Source: an uncultured delta proteobacterium (GTDB lineage Bacteria; Myxococcota; Kuafuiibacteriia; Kuafuiibacteriales; Kuafuiibacteriaceae). From it: a DNA stretch of 64,000 nucleotides. The notes under the pieces were generated by a model. That model was not told where the DNA came from, searched no databases, and worked only from the letters and a program-made list of their open reading frames with translations. Shown one piece after another: positions 36,353 to 46,474 of this stretch. The translations under genes and the position numbers were made by a program. The stretch spans positions 736,001 to 800,000 of the forward strand of contig CAWDML010000009.1 of assembly GCA_963803435.1 (NCBI GenBank). The letters run 5' to 3'. Numbering within the stretch: position 1 is the first letter of the stretch; every line of letters starts with the position of its first letter.

Positions 36353-37615
36353 ATGAAGAGCACGACGGACAAAAAAGGCCGGCCTCGCGTGGTCATCACC
36401 GGCATGGGGATGGTGACGCCGTGCGGGACCGGCCTCGAGAAGACCTGGGCTTCGCTCGTCGAGGGCAAGAGCGGGATCAAACCGATCCAACGGTTTGACG
36501 CGTCCGCCTTCGACACGCGGATCGCCGGCGAGATTCACGACTTCGAGCCGGCCGATTGGCTCGACGCGAAGGAGATCCGCCGCAACGATCGCTTCATCCA
36601 GTTCGCGCTCGCCGCATGCGACATGGCGATGAAGGATGCCGCCTTCACCATCGCGCCGGCGGAGGCCGAGCGGGTCGGCGTCATCGTGGGCGCCGGGCTG
36701 GGCGGGCTCGAGACGATCGAGAAGACGGCAAAGATCCTGTTCGAGCGGGGTCCGAGCCGGATCTCCCCGTTCTTCATCCCGGGCCTGATCGTGAATCTGG
36801 CGCCGGGACAGATCTCGCTGAGGGTCGGCGCCAAGGGACCGAACTGGTCTCCGGTGTCGGCGTGCGCCACCAGCGCCCACGCGCTCGGCGAGGCTGCGGA
36901 GCACCTGCGCCGCGGGGTCTGCGACGCGGTGATCACGGGCGGCACGGAGGCCACCATCACCGAGCTCGGCGTGGGCGGCTTCAACGCGATGAAGGCGCTG
37001 TCGACGCGGAACGCGGAGCCCGAGAAGGCCAGCCGGCCCTGGGACGAGGATCGGGACGGCTTCGTGATGGGCGAGGGCTCCGGCATCCTGGTGCTGGAGA
37101 CGCTCGAGCATGCGCTGGCGCGAAAGGCCCGGATCCGAGCGGAGCTCGTCGGCTATGGATCGACTGCGGACGCGTTCCACGTCACGCAGCCGGACGGCCA
37201 GGGCGCGATCCGTTGCATGAAGATGACGCTGGCGGACGCAGGGATCGAGGCGAACGCCGTCGACTATATCAACGCGCACGGCACTTCGACGCCCGTCGGC
37301 GATCTTCAGGAGATCGAGGCCATCAAGGCGGTATTCGCTGCGCACGCGCGGACGGTGTTGGTCTCGTCCTCAAAGTCGATGCACGGCCACATGCTCGGCG
37401 CGGCCGGCGCAGTCGAAGCGATCATCGCCACGCTCGCGCTGGAGACCGGCACGATCCCTCCGACGATCAACCTGGATAAGCCGTCGGTGGGGTGTGACCT
37501 CAACCTGGTACCCAACCGGGCGCAGAACGCCGAGCTCCACTACGCGCTGAGCAACTCGTTCGGCTTCGGCGGGACCAACGCGTCGTTGCTCCTCAAGAAG
37601 TGGGAAGACGCCTAG
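36353..37615 (+). CDS. fabF: Beta-ketoacyl-ACP synthase II
   Basis: RVVITGMG, VSACATS, YINAHGTST, KSMHGHMLGAAG, SNSFGFGGTN. Follows acpP. Confidence 0.96.
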   Translation: MKSTTDKKGRPRVVITGMGMVTPCGTGLEKTWASLVEGKSGIKPIQRFDASAFDTRIAGEIHDFEPADWLDAKEIRRNDRFIQFALAACDMAMKDAAFTIAPAEAERVGVIVGAGLGGLETIEKTAKILFERGPSRISPFFIPGLIVNLAPGQISLRVGAKGPNWSPVSACATSAHALGEAAEHLRRGVCDAVITGGTEATITELGVGGFNAMKALSTRNAEPEKASRPWDEDRDGFVMGEGSGILVLETLEHALARKARIRAELVGYGSTADAFHVTQPDGQGAIRCMKMTLADAGIEANAVDYINAHGTSTPVGDLQEIEAIKAVFAAHARTVLVSSSKSMHGHMLGAAGAVEAIIATLALETGTIPPTINLDKPSVGCDLNLVPNRAQNAELHYALSNSFGFGGTNASLLLKKWEDA

Positions 37616-37631
37616 GCGTCCCCGCGTCCCC

Positions 37632-38354
37632 TCAGAAACGCATCGCTACGCCCGCCATGATCTTGAGGGCGAAGAGCGGCCGCACGCCGGTCTCGAAGGC
37701 CGGGCCGAACTTGGCGTCGAGGGTGACGGCGAGGGGTGGGGTGATGTGAAACTCGGCGACCGGTCCGATCAGGATCGGCATGGCGAGGAAGAAGCCGTCG
37801 CCCCGGGCGAGGTCGGCGTCGGCGGCCGTGAGGGCGCCGATCACGATCGGGAAGTCGAGCCCTCCGCCGATGACGAAGCGATCCTCCACCTGAAAGCCGA
37901 TGACGCCGCTGACCGTGAGCTGGAAGGCGAAGACGCTCGGCTCGAACCCGAAGACCAGTCCGGGATCGCCGCGCAGCGCGATGCTCATGCTCTCGTCGCG
38001 GAAGAGCGTGAAGCGGATCGGGACGGCCAACACGATGCTGGGGTGGAAGGCCGCCTTCGGGACCCAGGTCCCGTAGTCGAAGGCGACCAGGCCGCCGATC
38101 GAGAAGTCGGGGGTGAGCGTGTAGTGGTACGCGACCCGGGGGAGGCCCGAGAAGCCGAGCTCGGCATGACCGATCGAGCCCGAGCTGGGGATGCCGCCGG
38201 CCATGATGTCCCACGACAGGCCACGGACGATCTCGACCGACGTGCTGGGTGGTAGGTCGCCCTCGACCTCCTCTTCTTGGGCTCCTGCGGATCGGACGGC
38301 CCCAGTCGCCAGCAGGAAGGCGCAGGCGCTCACGGCAAATCGTTGGATGCTCAC
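37632..38354 (-). CDS. Secreted protein, probable small outer-membrane beta-barrel
   Basis: Signal peptide (AGA-QEE), alternating hydrophobic strands and a terminal Phe (GVAMRF). Confidence 0.6.
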   Translation of the reverse strand: MSIQRFAVSACAFLLATGAVRSAGAQEEEVEGDLPPSTSVEIVRGLSWDIMAGGIPSSGSIGHAELGFSGLPRVAYHYTLTPDFSIGGLVAFDYGTWVPKAAFHPSIVLAVPIRFTLFRDESMSIALRGDPGLVFGFEPSVFAFQLTVSGVIGFQVEDRFVIGGGLDFPIVIGALTAADADLARGDGFFLAMPILIGPVAEFHITPPLAVTLDAKFGPAFETGVRPLFALKIMAGVAMRF

Positions 38355-38415
38355 GGGAGCTGGAGTCTGCCCAGCCTTGCGCCTGGTGAAAAGACAGACT
38401 TATGCTCCCGCGGTC

Positions 38416-39174
38416 GTGCGTTGCGTCTCAGCCGCGCTCAGCCATGTCGGGATGAAGCGCGACCACAACGAGGACGCGTACTTCAATAACGACGAGCTGG
38501 GTTTGTACGTGGTGGCCGACGGAATGGGCGGTCATGCGGCGGGTGAGATCGCCTCGTGGGAGGCCGTTGAGGCCGTCCATGGGATGGTGCGTCGCGGGAA
38601 GGACATCATCGACGCGTATCTTCGCCACCCTGCGGAGGACACCGTGGCCTCGCTGCGCCGTCTCCTCGAGAGCGCGATCCAGGCGGCGACGTACATGGTC
38701 TTCGGCATCGCCGAGCAAGATCCCACCAACAAGGGAATGGGTACGACCATCACGGCGATGCTGGTCATTCACAACATCGCGGTGATCGGATCGGTCGGGG
38801 ATAGTCGGGCGTACCTGGTGCGGGGGGATCGGACCTGGCAGGTCACCGAGGATCACACGCTGGTGCAGCTGCAGATGAAGGCCGGGCTGATCACGGCGGA
38901 TCAGGCGAGAAACTCACCGAGGGGCAACGTGATCACCCGAGCGGTGGGGCCTCGAGACTACGTGCAGGTGGATACGTTCGTGGTGCCGGTGCAGCCGGGC
39001 GACAAGTACGTCCTCTGCTCCGACGGGCTGCACGGCTACGTGGACACGACCGAGATCGCGCCGGTGATCGTCGGGCAGCACCTCGAGGGTGCGTGTCAGC
39101 GGTTCATCGACATCGCGAACGAGCGCGGCGGCAAGGACAACATCACCTGCGTGCTCGTGCATCTGGTGGCGTGA
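38416..39174 (+). CDS. PP2C/PPM-family Ser/Thr phosphatase
   Basis: SHVGMKRDHNED, VADGMGGHAAGE, GMGTT, VGDSRAY, LCSDGL, GGKDNIT. Confidence 0.93.
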   Translation: MRCVSAALSHVGMKRDHNEDAYFNNDELGLYVVADGMGGHAAGEIASWEAVEAVHGMVRRGKDIIDAYLRHPAEDTVASLRRLLESAIQAATYMVFGIAEQDPTNKGMGTTITAMLVIHNIAVIGSVGDSRAYLVRGDRTWQVTEDHTLVQLQMKAGLITADQARNSPRGNVITRAVGPRDYVQVDTFVVPVQPGDKYVLCSDGLHGYVDTTEIAPVIVGQHLEGACQRFIDIANERGGKDNITCVLVHLVA

Positions 39175-39678
39175 TCAGCGGGCGCCGGTTCGGCCGATGG
39201 CCAGCTTGAACGCGTCGCGCGTGGTGCCGGCGGCGGCGTAGCACCAGCGGTGCTCGAGCGAGAGGAGCGTGATGAGCTCGCCGCGCTCCTCCTCGGGGAT
39301 CGGCGAGAAGTCGAGCGTACTCAGGTGTCCGAAGCGCCGGAGGAAGTCGAGGGCCTGACGGATGGCGGCGTTGTCGCGCTGGAGGCGCCCGCGGGACTCC
39401 GCCCAGTCCTCGAGGGCCTCGACCTCGGCCCGAAGGGCGACCAGGTACTTCTGGAGGGGCGTGTGGGTGAGGTCGGTCCCGGCGTCGAGCCGGTAGCGCC
39501 GGAGGAGATCGAGGAGGGGCGTCGCTCGATCGACGGTCAGTGTGGGGCGATGTCGCATCACTTGGGTCAGCCTCGCTTCCATGCGCGCCCGGCGGGCCTC
39601 ACGCGCCTCCCGGGTGGCGGCGCGGCGGGCGCGCCCGGCGGTTCCGTAGATCGAAGTGCGCGGCTCCAAGGTCATCAT
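39175..39678 (-). CDS. Hypothetical protein
   Basis: Fills the gap between PP2C and add with host-like codon usage. GGAGG precedes the ATG at 39678. Confidence 0.55.
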   Translation of the reverse strand: MMTLEPRTSIYGTAGRARRAATREAREARRARMEARLTQVMRHRPTLTVDRATPLLDLLRRYRLDAGTDLTHTPLQKYLVALRAEVEALEDWAESRGRLQRDNAAIRQALDFLRRFGHLSTLDFSPIPEEERGELITLLSLEHRWCYAAAGTTRDAFKLAIGRTGAR

Positions 39679-39966
39679 GTCCCCGCCTCCGAGCAAGCCG
39701 TGTGTCAGGGTGGCAGACCGCGAAATGATTGATGGAAGGCGCTGCTCGGGTCGCGTCGACCATGCGGGCAGCGGTTTGGGTGACCACGTGCTTTACAGCT
39801 GCCATGTCCCTCCTCCAACGAACGACGTTCGTGATCGGATCTACGAGCAAAGGGGCGGCCAACTTCGAATCGCCTCCGGTTTGTGCGCGCCGCCGCATCG
39901 ACCGCTTCACGTCTGGGACGCGGATTGGGAATCCGGCGACGCGGATGTCATAGTCACCGGTCAGCC

Positions 39967-41103
39967 ATGGAACGGCCGAACGGAACCAAGCGGCTCACTT
40001 ACGAGATCCTTCATCAACTCCCGAAGACGGACCTTCATTGCCACCTGGACGGCTCGCTCCGCCTCCAGACGATCCTGGAGCTCGGGGCCCAGAACAAGGT
40101 GAAGCTGCCCGCGGACACACCCGAAGGCCTCACCAAGGCCCTCCGGATGGGAGAGGACTGCGGGAGCCTCGAGACCTACCTCGAGGCCTTCGATCTGACG
40201 CTCTCCGTCATGCAGACGGAGGAGGGGATCTATCGGGTCGCGTACGAGCTCGGCGAGGACGCCGCCAAGGAGAACGTGCGCTACATGGAGGTCCGGTACG
40301 CGCCGATGCTGCACACGCGGCGGGGTCTTCCGCTGCCGAACATCGTCGACGCCGTGGTCCAAGGCCTGCGGGACGCGGAACGGGATCACGGCATCATGAG
40401 CGGGATCATTCTGTGCGGGATCCGGAACATGGATCCCGAGGTCTCATTCCGCATGGCCGAGCTCGCGATCGCGTTCAAGCACGCGGGGGTGGTCGGCTTC
40501 GATCTCGCGGGCGCGGAGCTCGATCATCCGGCGAAGGATCACGCCGATGCCTTCCACCTGATCCTCAAGAACAACGTCAACTGCACCCTGCACGCGGGGG
40601 AGGCGTATGGTCCGGAGTCGATCCACCAGGCGATCCATTTCTGCGGCGCGCATCGGATCGGGCACGGCTGCCGGCTGGCGGAGGACGGCGACCTCCTCAA
40701 CTACGTCAATGATCATCGGATCGCGCTGGAGATCTGTCCCAGCTCCAACGTGCAGACCGGCGCGGTCGACTCGCTCGAGGCTCACCCGATGCGGTTTTTC
40801 TTCGACTACGGCCTGCGCGTCACCATCAACACGGACAACCGATTGATCACGGATACCTCGGTGACCAAGGAGCTGTGGCTTTGCCACGAGCACATGGGCT
40901 TCGATCTCGAGGAGATCAAGCAGGTGATCATGATGGGCTTCAAGTCGGCGTTCGTGCCGATGCGGGAGCGGCGCACGTTGCTCCGCCGCGTGGCCGACGA
41001 GCTGGAGACGCTCACGCGCGCGCCCGTCCAGCCGGAGCTGGCCGATCTGGCGGAGGAGGGATCCGTGTCTAAAGAAAGCCCTTCTCTGAGAGCACGGACT
41101 TGA
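39967..41103 (+). CDS. add: Adenosine deaminase
   Basis: LPKTDLHCHLDGS, GFDLAGAE, TLHAGE, RIGHG, EICPSSN, INTDN. Confidence 0.94.
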   Translation: MERPNGTKRLTYEILHQLPKTDLHCHLDGSLRLQTILELGAQNKVKLPADTPEGLTKALRMGEDCGSLETYLEAFDLTLSVMQTEEGIYRVAYELGEDAAKENVRYMEVRYAPMLHTRRGLPLPNIVDAVVQGLRDAERDHGIMSGIILCGIRNMDPEVSFRMAELAIAFKHAGVVGFDLAGAELDHPAKDHADAFHLILKNNVNCTLHAGEAYGPESIHQAIHFCGAHRIGHGCRLAEDGDLLNYVNDHRIALEICPSSNVQTGAVDSLEAHPMRFFFDYGLRVTINTDNRLITDTSVTKELWLCHEHMGFDLEEIKQVIMMGFKSAFVPMRERRTLLRRVADELETLTRAPVQPELADLAEEGSVSKESPSLRART

Positions 41104-41713
41104 GCGTGCCCTCGTCGAGACCCTGAAGCAGCACGCCACCCACGTCGATCACCGGAACACCGCTGGGACGGATGCCGGCAGCGGCGGCCTTCTGCGCCAG
41201 CTCCTGCTGGGCCATGCGCGACGCCTCGATGTCCTTGTCGACGTAATGCACGCCCCACTGATCCAGGAGGCGTTTGGCCTTCTTGCAGACACCGCACCAG
41301 CTGGCGCTGTAGACCACGACCTGGTGGCCGGTGTCGCCGGCGGTGGAGCTGGTGCCGGTGATCTTCGCTTCCAGGCCGTACCGCGAGGCGATCGCCACCG
41401 GATAGGTGCCGTCGTCGCGGGCCTTTCGCAGGTCGGCGACGTAGACATAGCGACCGGACTGGCGGGCCTCCGGCGAGAGCGTGAGATCGGTGACGACGAC
41501 CGCAGCGCGTGCGTCCTCGGGGATCGCGTCGATGGTGGTGGCGGTCTCGAACTTCTTCCCGTCGCTCGAGTAGCTGAACACCATCTCCTTCGCGTCCTTT
41601 CGGACCTGGATGGGCGGAGGGGGCTCGGCCGGTTCGGACCCCTTGGTGGCGGGCTCCGCTTTGGGGCAGCCGGCCAAGAGGAGCAGCGTCGAGAACGCCA
41701 TCCCGGAGCGCAT
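41069..41713 (-). CDS. Lipoprotein with C-terminal glutaredoxin (NrdH-like) domain
   Basis: Lipobox LLAGC, YSASWCGVC, GVPVIDVGG. Confidence 0.85.
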   Translation of the reverse strand: MRSGMAFSTLLLLAGCPKAEPATKGSEPAEPPPPIQVRKDAKEMVFSYSSDGKKFETATTIDAIPEDARAAVVVTDLTLSPEARQSGRYVYVADLRKARDDGTYPVAIASRYGLEAKITGTSSTAGDTGHQVVVYSASWCGVCKKAKRLLDQWGVHYVDKDIEASRMAQQELAQKAAAAGIRPSGVPVIDVGGVLLQGLDEGTLKSVLSEKGFL

Positions 41714-41733
41714 CGCGACGAAACGTTAGTCCG

Positions 41734-43230
41734 TTGGGCCTCGAGGTAAAAGAGTTGCTGGAAATTTCGCGCCCCCCTATGTCTCTTTCAGAGATGGAGG
41801 CGCGCTTCGATGCCTCCTCCCGCACAGAGGTGCTGGAGAGGCTGTTCCGCGAGCCGGCGCCCCGCCGATGGACGGCGAAGCTCGAGGGTGCCGCGGCCGG
41901 GATCGCGAAGACGGTCGTGGTGGTCATGCTCGAGGGGCGGCTCGCCGACGCGGTGGCCGGTCCGCGGCGGGGTCTCGACGCGCTGACGGTGCTGGCGCTG
42001 GCGGAGGGCGGTGCGCTGGTCGGGGAGGCGATCGCGCCGCCGCCGGGTGACCCGGCGCGCCTCCCCGACGCGGTCGGCCTCTATCGACAGGCCGTCGCCA
42101 ACGCCGCCGAGGTGGCGCGTCGCATCGCGCCGCTGGGCGGGCTCGGGGCGAAGCCGGTCTCCGATGTCGATCGCCTGGTGGCGGAGCTGAGCCAGATCCC
42201 CGACGCCGCCAACGCGGTACTCCGGCTGGTCGACGGGCGCAGCACGACCGCCGCGGTGCTGGGGCGCTCGCCCCACGATCTGACGCTCACGGCGCGCATC
42301 CTCGAGCGCCTCTGCGCGTCGGAGGTGGTGATTCCGCCGGCCACCGTCCTGCCCGAGCCGATCGACGAGTCGGGCGAGGTGGTCGTGCCTTCGCCCGACG
42401 AGATGGAGGGTGACGCCGTCAACGCCGACGTCCGGCAGTGGCTCGAGGACGAGGAGCCGCCCGCGCAGCTCCTCTCTCCCGATGCGTTTCAGACGGCGTT
42501 CGGGGTGGCGCCGGGGCCAGGGACGCGGGCGCCGCTCGAGGCCCCGGCCCGGGTGCGGGCCTCGGTGCCGCTGACGACCAAGCGTCCGGTGAAGCGCGAC
42601 GAGGACGAGGATTTCTTCCGCGCCGCCGGCGTGCGCAAGACCAGCATGTCGACGTGGATCGTGCTGGCGCTGGCAGGCGTGGCGCTCGGAATGGCGGGCA
42701 GTCTGTTCCTCGGAGGCGGAAGGCCGGCCCGGCGGCCGGACTCGGGCGTGGCGGTGGTGATGCCGCGCGACGCGTCGACTTCGAGCGTGACGACGGCGAG
42801 CACGACGGAGACTGCGTCGACGGCGATCGAGCTGGTGGACGGACGTCCGCCGATCGCAGGGCCGGACGCGCCCGAGGACGTCAAGCACGCGGAGCGGCTC
42901 CTCAACGCGGGTCGCTACTCCGACGCGCGGGCGCTGCTCGATCAGCTGCGCAAGACCCGCGCGAACGACGCGACCGTCTGGATCCTGTCGGGCCAGGTCG
43001 AGGTCGACGTGGGGCGCCTCAACGAGGCGAACGGGCTCGCCGATCGCGCCCTGGAGCTGGATCCGAAGAGCTATCGCGCCTGGGTGTTGAAGGGGTCGGT
43101 GCTCCAGTTCCTGGGCAGGTTCACGCCGGCGCGGTCGGCCTACGAGCAGGCGATCGCGCTGGATCCGAACCATCCGATGACGCCCGAGATCCAGTCGGTC
43201 CTCGAGCAGATGAACAACCTCAATAGGTGA
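41734..43230 (+). CDS. DUF4388-like / TM / TPR repeat protein
   Basis: VLRLVDGRST helix-turn segment, one TM helix (WIVLALAGVALG) and C-terminal TPRs (ALELDPKSYRAW, AIALDPNH). Confidence 0.7.
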   Translation: MGLEVKELLEISRPPMSLSEMEARFDASSRTEVLERLFREPAPRRWTAKLEGAAAGIAKTVVVVMLEGRLADAVAGPRRGLDALTVLALAEGGALVGEAIAPPPGDPARLPDAVGLYRQAVANAAEVARRIAPLGGLGAKPVSDVDRLVAELSQIPDAANAVLRLVDGRSTTAAVLGRSPHDLTLTARILERLCASEVVIPPATVLPEPIDESGEVVVPSPDEMEGDAVNADVRQWLEDEEPPAQLLSPDAFQTAFGVAPGPGTRAPLEAPARVRASVPLTTKRPVKRDEDEDFFRAAGVRKTSMSTWIVLALAGVALGMAGSLFLGGGRPARRPDSGVAVVMPRDASTSSVTTASTTETASTAIELVDGRPPIAGPDAPEDVKHAERLLNAGRYSDARALLDQLRKTRANDATVWILSGQVEVDVGRLNEANGLADRALELDPKSYRAWVLKGSVLQFLGRFTPARSAYEQAIALDPNHPMTPEIQSVLEQMNNLNR

Positions 43231-43936
43231 TGCGCACCAGCGTCAGGCCGTGCGGATCGGCGGGCGGTGCGGTGGCGCGGCGGTCGCCGGCGGCGGCGAG
43301 CTCGAGCAGCCGTTCGTCAGGTGCGCCGCGCTGGGCCTCGCGGATCGCGGTCGAGACCATGATCCGGACCTGACGACGGAGGAAGGCGGCGCCGGAGAAG
43401 TCGAAGCGGATCACCTCACGGCCCGCGTCCCGCACGCGGCGCGCGGTGGCGCGGTACAGCGTGCGGACCGTCGACTTGCCGGCGGGCGTGTCGCGCGCGA
43501 ACGCGCTGAAGCAACGGCGGCCGACCAGGCAGGCGATCAGGCGGTCGACCCGGGCGACGTTGGTCTCGCCGTCCTCGAGCAGATACGTGTAGTGGCGGGC
43601 GACGGCGGAGAACTGGGCGTGGAAGCTCTTGCCCATCTCGGCTGTGGACAGCGCCGTCAACTCGCCTTGCGCGACGCCGTCGACGGCCTCGGTGATCGCG
43701 TCGAGGTCGAGGGCGCAGAGCGCGGAGAAGGAGACTACCTGACCTTGTGCGCTGACGCCGCGGTCGGTCCGACCTCCGACCCGCAGGTTCAGCCGGCGTT
43801 GATGGGACAACAGCAGCGGGTCGAGCGCCTGGTGCAGAACCCCTTCAACGGTCTTTCGCCCGGGCTGCATCGCGTAGCCCCAGAAGGCGGCGCCGTCGTA
43901 TGCGATGACGATACGGTAAGTATGGCGGGCGCTCAC
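43220..43936 (-). CDS. truA: tRNA pseudouridine(38-40) synthase
   Basis: IAYDGAAFWGY, GRTDRGVSAQGQV, FLRRQVRIMV, ADPHGLTL. Confidence 0.9.
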   Translation of the reverse strand: MSARHTYRIVIAYDGAAFWGYAMQPGRKTVEGVLHQALDPLLLSHQRRLNLRVGGRTDRGVSAQGQVVSFSALCALDLDAITEAVDGVAQGELTALSTAEMGKSFHAQFSAVARHYTYLLEDGETNVARVDRLIACLVGRRCFSAFARDTPAGKSTVRTLYRATARRVRDAGREVIRFDFSGAAFLRRQVRIMVSTAIREAQRGAPDERLLELAAAGDRRATAPPADPHGLTLVRITY

Positions 43937-43996
43937 GGTGGAATCGAGGCGGGGCCTCTACCCTCCGTCTCGACCAATGCTACCATCCGAGCGTCG

Positions 43997-44989
43997 ATGT
44001 CAGCCCGTAAGCCGCAGGGGATCGCGGAGGACGCGTCCGAGTACGCGGATCTCCCAGACCTCGACCAGGGGACGAAGAGATTGAAGGGCGGCATCGCAGA
44101 CGATGCGGCGCTGTTCGAGGACATCCTGGAGGAGTCGAGCGAGGCGGCGCGGTCGCTTCAGTCCGACTGGCTCTATCAGCTCGACGGTCACGTGTTCGGA
44201 CCCCTCAAGCCGAAAGAGCTCCTCGAGATGCTCTACAAGGGGGAGATCAACGCCGAGACGATGGTGGCGGTGGAGGACGAGGAGTTCCGGCCGCTGCGTC
44301 GCTACGGGGTGTTTCGGGCCCACCTCCCCAAGGTCCAGACGCGGCATCAGGAGATCGAGACCGAGAAGGCGCTGGAGCGGGCCGAGAATCGCCGCCGGAT
44401 CGTCCGGCGGATCGGGATGATCGTCACCGCGCTCGGGGTGCTGGGCGCAGGGTCGTACGGGCTGGTGACCTATATCCGGCAGGCCAAAGAGAGGAACGCC
44501 CTCGCCAAGAAGAGAGCGGAGGAGGCGTCGCTCAAGCAGCAGCTCGAGGACCTGGAGGCCTCGGTCACGATCGAGCCGCCGCTGACGCCGCTGGTGGAGG
44601 AGGAGAAGGAAGACGTCCGCACCGGCAAGAAGCATCGGCGTCGCCGCCGGGGGGGCCGTGCGGTGGCCAGCTTCGGCAGTGGGACCGGCGAGCTCCAGCG
44701 CGATGAGATCATGGCCGGCGTGGCCGACGTGTTTCCCGGCTTCAAGCGCTGCATCGTCGAACAGATGCAGCGGGAGCCCGACACTGTCCCAGAGCAGATC
44801 ATCCTCACCTTCGCCATCGGGAACGAAGGCAAGGCACAGGATGTCAGCCTCAGCGACCGGATCCTGCGGAAGTCTCCGATGCGCGCCTGCATGGTGGCGC
44901 AGCTCGCCAAGGCCAAGTGGCGCGCCTTCAAGGGCGAGGTCCAAAACGTGGAGTACCCGATCACGGTCGGGCGCCAGAAGCGGCCCTAA
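43997..44989 (+). CDS. GYF_2-domain membrane protein with AgmX/PglI (TonB_C-like) C-terminus
   Basis: WLYQLDGHVFGPL...GEINAETMV (GYF-like), a TM helix, then FKRCIVEQ...MRACMV...VEYPITV. Confidence 0.75.
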   Translation: MSARKPQGIAEDASEYADLPDLDQGTKRLKGGIADDAALFEDILEESSEAARSLQSDWLYQLDGHVFGPLKPKELLEMLYKGEINAETMVAVEDEEFRPLRRYGVFRAHLPKVQTRHQEIETEKALERAENRRRIVRRIGMIVTALGVLGAGSYGLVTYIRQAKERNALAKKRAEEASLKQQLEDLEASVTIEPPLTPLVEEEKEDVRTGKKHRRRRRGGRAVASFGSGTGELQRDEIMAGVADVFPGFKRCIVEQMQREPDTVPEQIILTFAIGNEGKAQDVSLSDRILRKSPMRACMVAQLAKAKWRAFKGEVQNVEYPITVGRQKRP

Positions 44990-45031
44990 CCTTTCACCAG
45001 ACCAGGGGTTGGGATAGCTTCGATAGCGCCG

Positions 45032-46435
45032 ATGGCCATCACCGTTCCCGAGAAAAAGAGGCTCGGCGAGATCCTCGTCGCGCACGACATCCTCACGCCC
45101 GCTCAGCTCGAGTCCGTGATCACGGGCCAGGGCACGTCGATGCTGCCGCTGGGGTCGACCGCCGTGGAGATGCAGCTCGCCAGCGAGCGTGACGTGACGA
45201 TGGCGCTCGCCGAGCAGTTCGGTGTTCCGGGCGCCCATCTGTCGGCGTCGACGATCTCGACGGAGGTCCTGGGCGCGATCCCGGCCGAGGTGGCGTCCTC
45301 GCACTTCTTGCTGCCGATGGCGTTTCAGGGGAGCGCGCTCTTGCTCGCCCTCGCGAACCCGCAAGAGAAGGTGCTGCTCGACGAGATCGCGTTCGCCAGC
45401 GGACGCGCGATCCTGCCGTACATCGCGCCGCGCGTACTGCTCGAGCGATCGATCCGGGCCGCGTACGAGGCGCGGCAGAGCGGCGCGCCGTTCTGGGTGG
45501 GCGCGGTGTCGTCACACCCGGACGCGCCGCACGTCGAGGTGGTCGAGCCGCCGGTCAAGACGAAGACGCCCATCCCCAAGCCTGCGCTCGATTGGCTCAC
45601 CGAGCCGCCGAAGCTGGACGACGTCGGCGAGACCAAGCGACCAGTGGTGGCGCCGCGGACGACGGACAAGCCCCTCGTGCTGGCGGTCGACGACGAGATC
45701 GAGATCCTCGACATCATCGACAAGGCGCTCTCGCACAAGGGCATGGACGTGGTCCGGGCGACGCGCGGGCGCGAGGCGCTCGAGAAGCTGCAGGCGCACG
45801 TGCCGGACATCGTGCTGCTCGACGCGATGCTGCCCGAGATCCACGGTTTCGAGATCTGTCACAAGATCAAGCAGTCGCAGCAATTCAAGCACGTCCCGGT
45901 GATCATCATCTCGGCCATCTACACCGGTTGGAACTTCATCACCGACATCAAGCGGATCTACGGCGCGGACGATTACATGGCCAAGCCGTTCCGCGTGATG
46001 GAGATGGTCCGAAAAGTAGAGGAGACGCTCGCGAAAGCGCAGGTGCGCCCGCGGTCACCCGAGGTCGCGCAGGCGCACAAGCACGCCGAGCTCCTGATGA
46101 AGGAGGCGGCCGAGGCGTTGAAGTCGGGCCGGGTCGACGCGGCGGTGGAGGTGGCGGAGCGGGCGTCCCACGCCGATCCGTTCGATCCTCGGACGCACTT
46201 CATCCTGGGGATGGCGCTTCACAAGGCCGGCCGGATCTACGAGGCGATCTCGGTGTATGAGAGGGTGGTCGAGCTCAACCCGGGGCAGTTTGCCGCTCTG
46301 AAGAACCTGGCGGTGCTCTATGAGCGCCAGGGGTTCAAGGCCAAGGCGGTCGAGACCTGGATGCGGGCGCTGGAGCAATCACCGAGCGAGCCGGTCAGGC
46401 AAACCATTAAGGCCCACCTGATTGACCTCCTCTGA
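45032..46435 (+). CDS. MshEN (T2SSE_N)-receiver-TPR response regulator
   Basis: KKRLGEILV...LAEQFGVP N-terminus, receiver VLAVDDE / LLDAMLP / YMAKPF, C-terminal TPRs. Confidence 0.88.
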   Translation: MAITVPEKKRLGEILVAHDILTPAQLESVITGQGTSMLPLGSTAVEMQLASERDVTMALAEQFGVPGAHLSASTISTEVLGAIPAEVASSHFLLPMAFQGSALLLALANPQEKVLLDEIAFASGRAILPYIAPRVLLERSIRAAYEARQSGAPFWVGAVSSHPDAPHVEVVEPPVKTKTPIPKPALDWLTEPPKLDDVGETKRPVVAPRTTDKPLVLAVDDEIEILDIIDKALSHKGMDVVRATRGREALEKLQAHVPDIVLLDAMLPEIHGFEICHKIKQSQQFKHVPVIIISAIYTGWNFITDIKRIYGADDYMAKPFRVMEMVRKVEETLAKAQVRPRSPEVAQAHKHAELLMKEAAEALKSGRVDAAVEVAERASHADPFDPRTHFILGMALHKAGRIYEAISVYERVVELNPGQFAALKNLAVLYERQGFKAKAVETWMRALEQSPSEPVRQTIKAHLIDLL

Positions 46436-46474
46436 TAAACTCGGGCGGCTCGATCGACCGATGGTGAGACAGGA

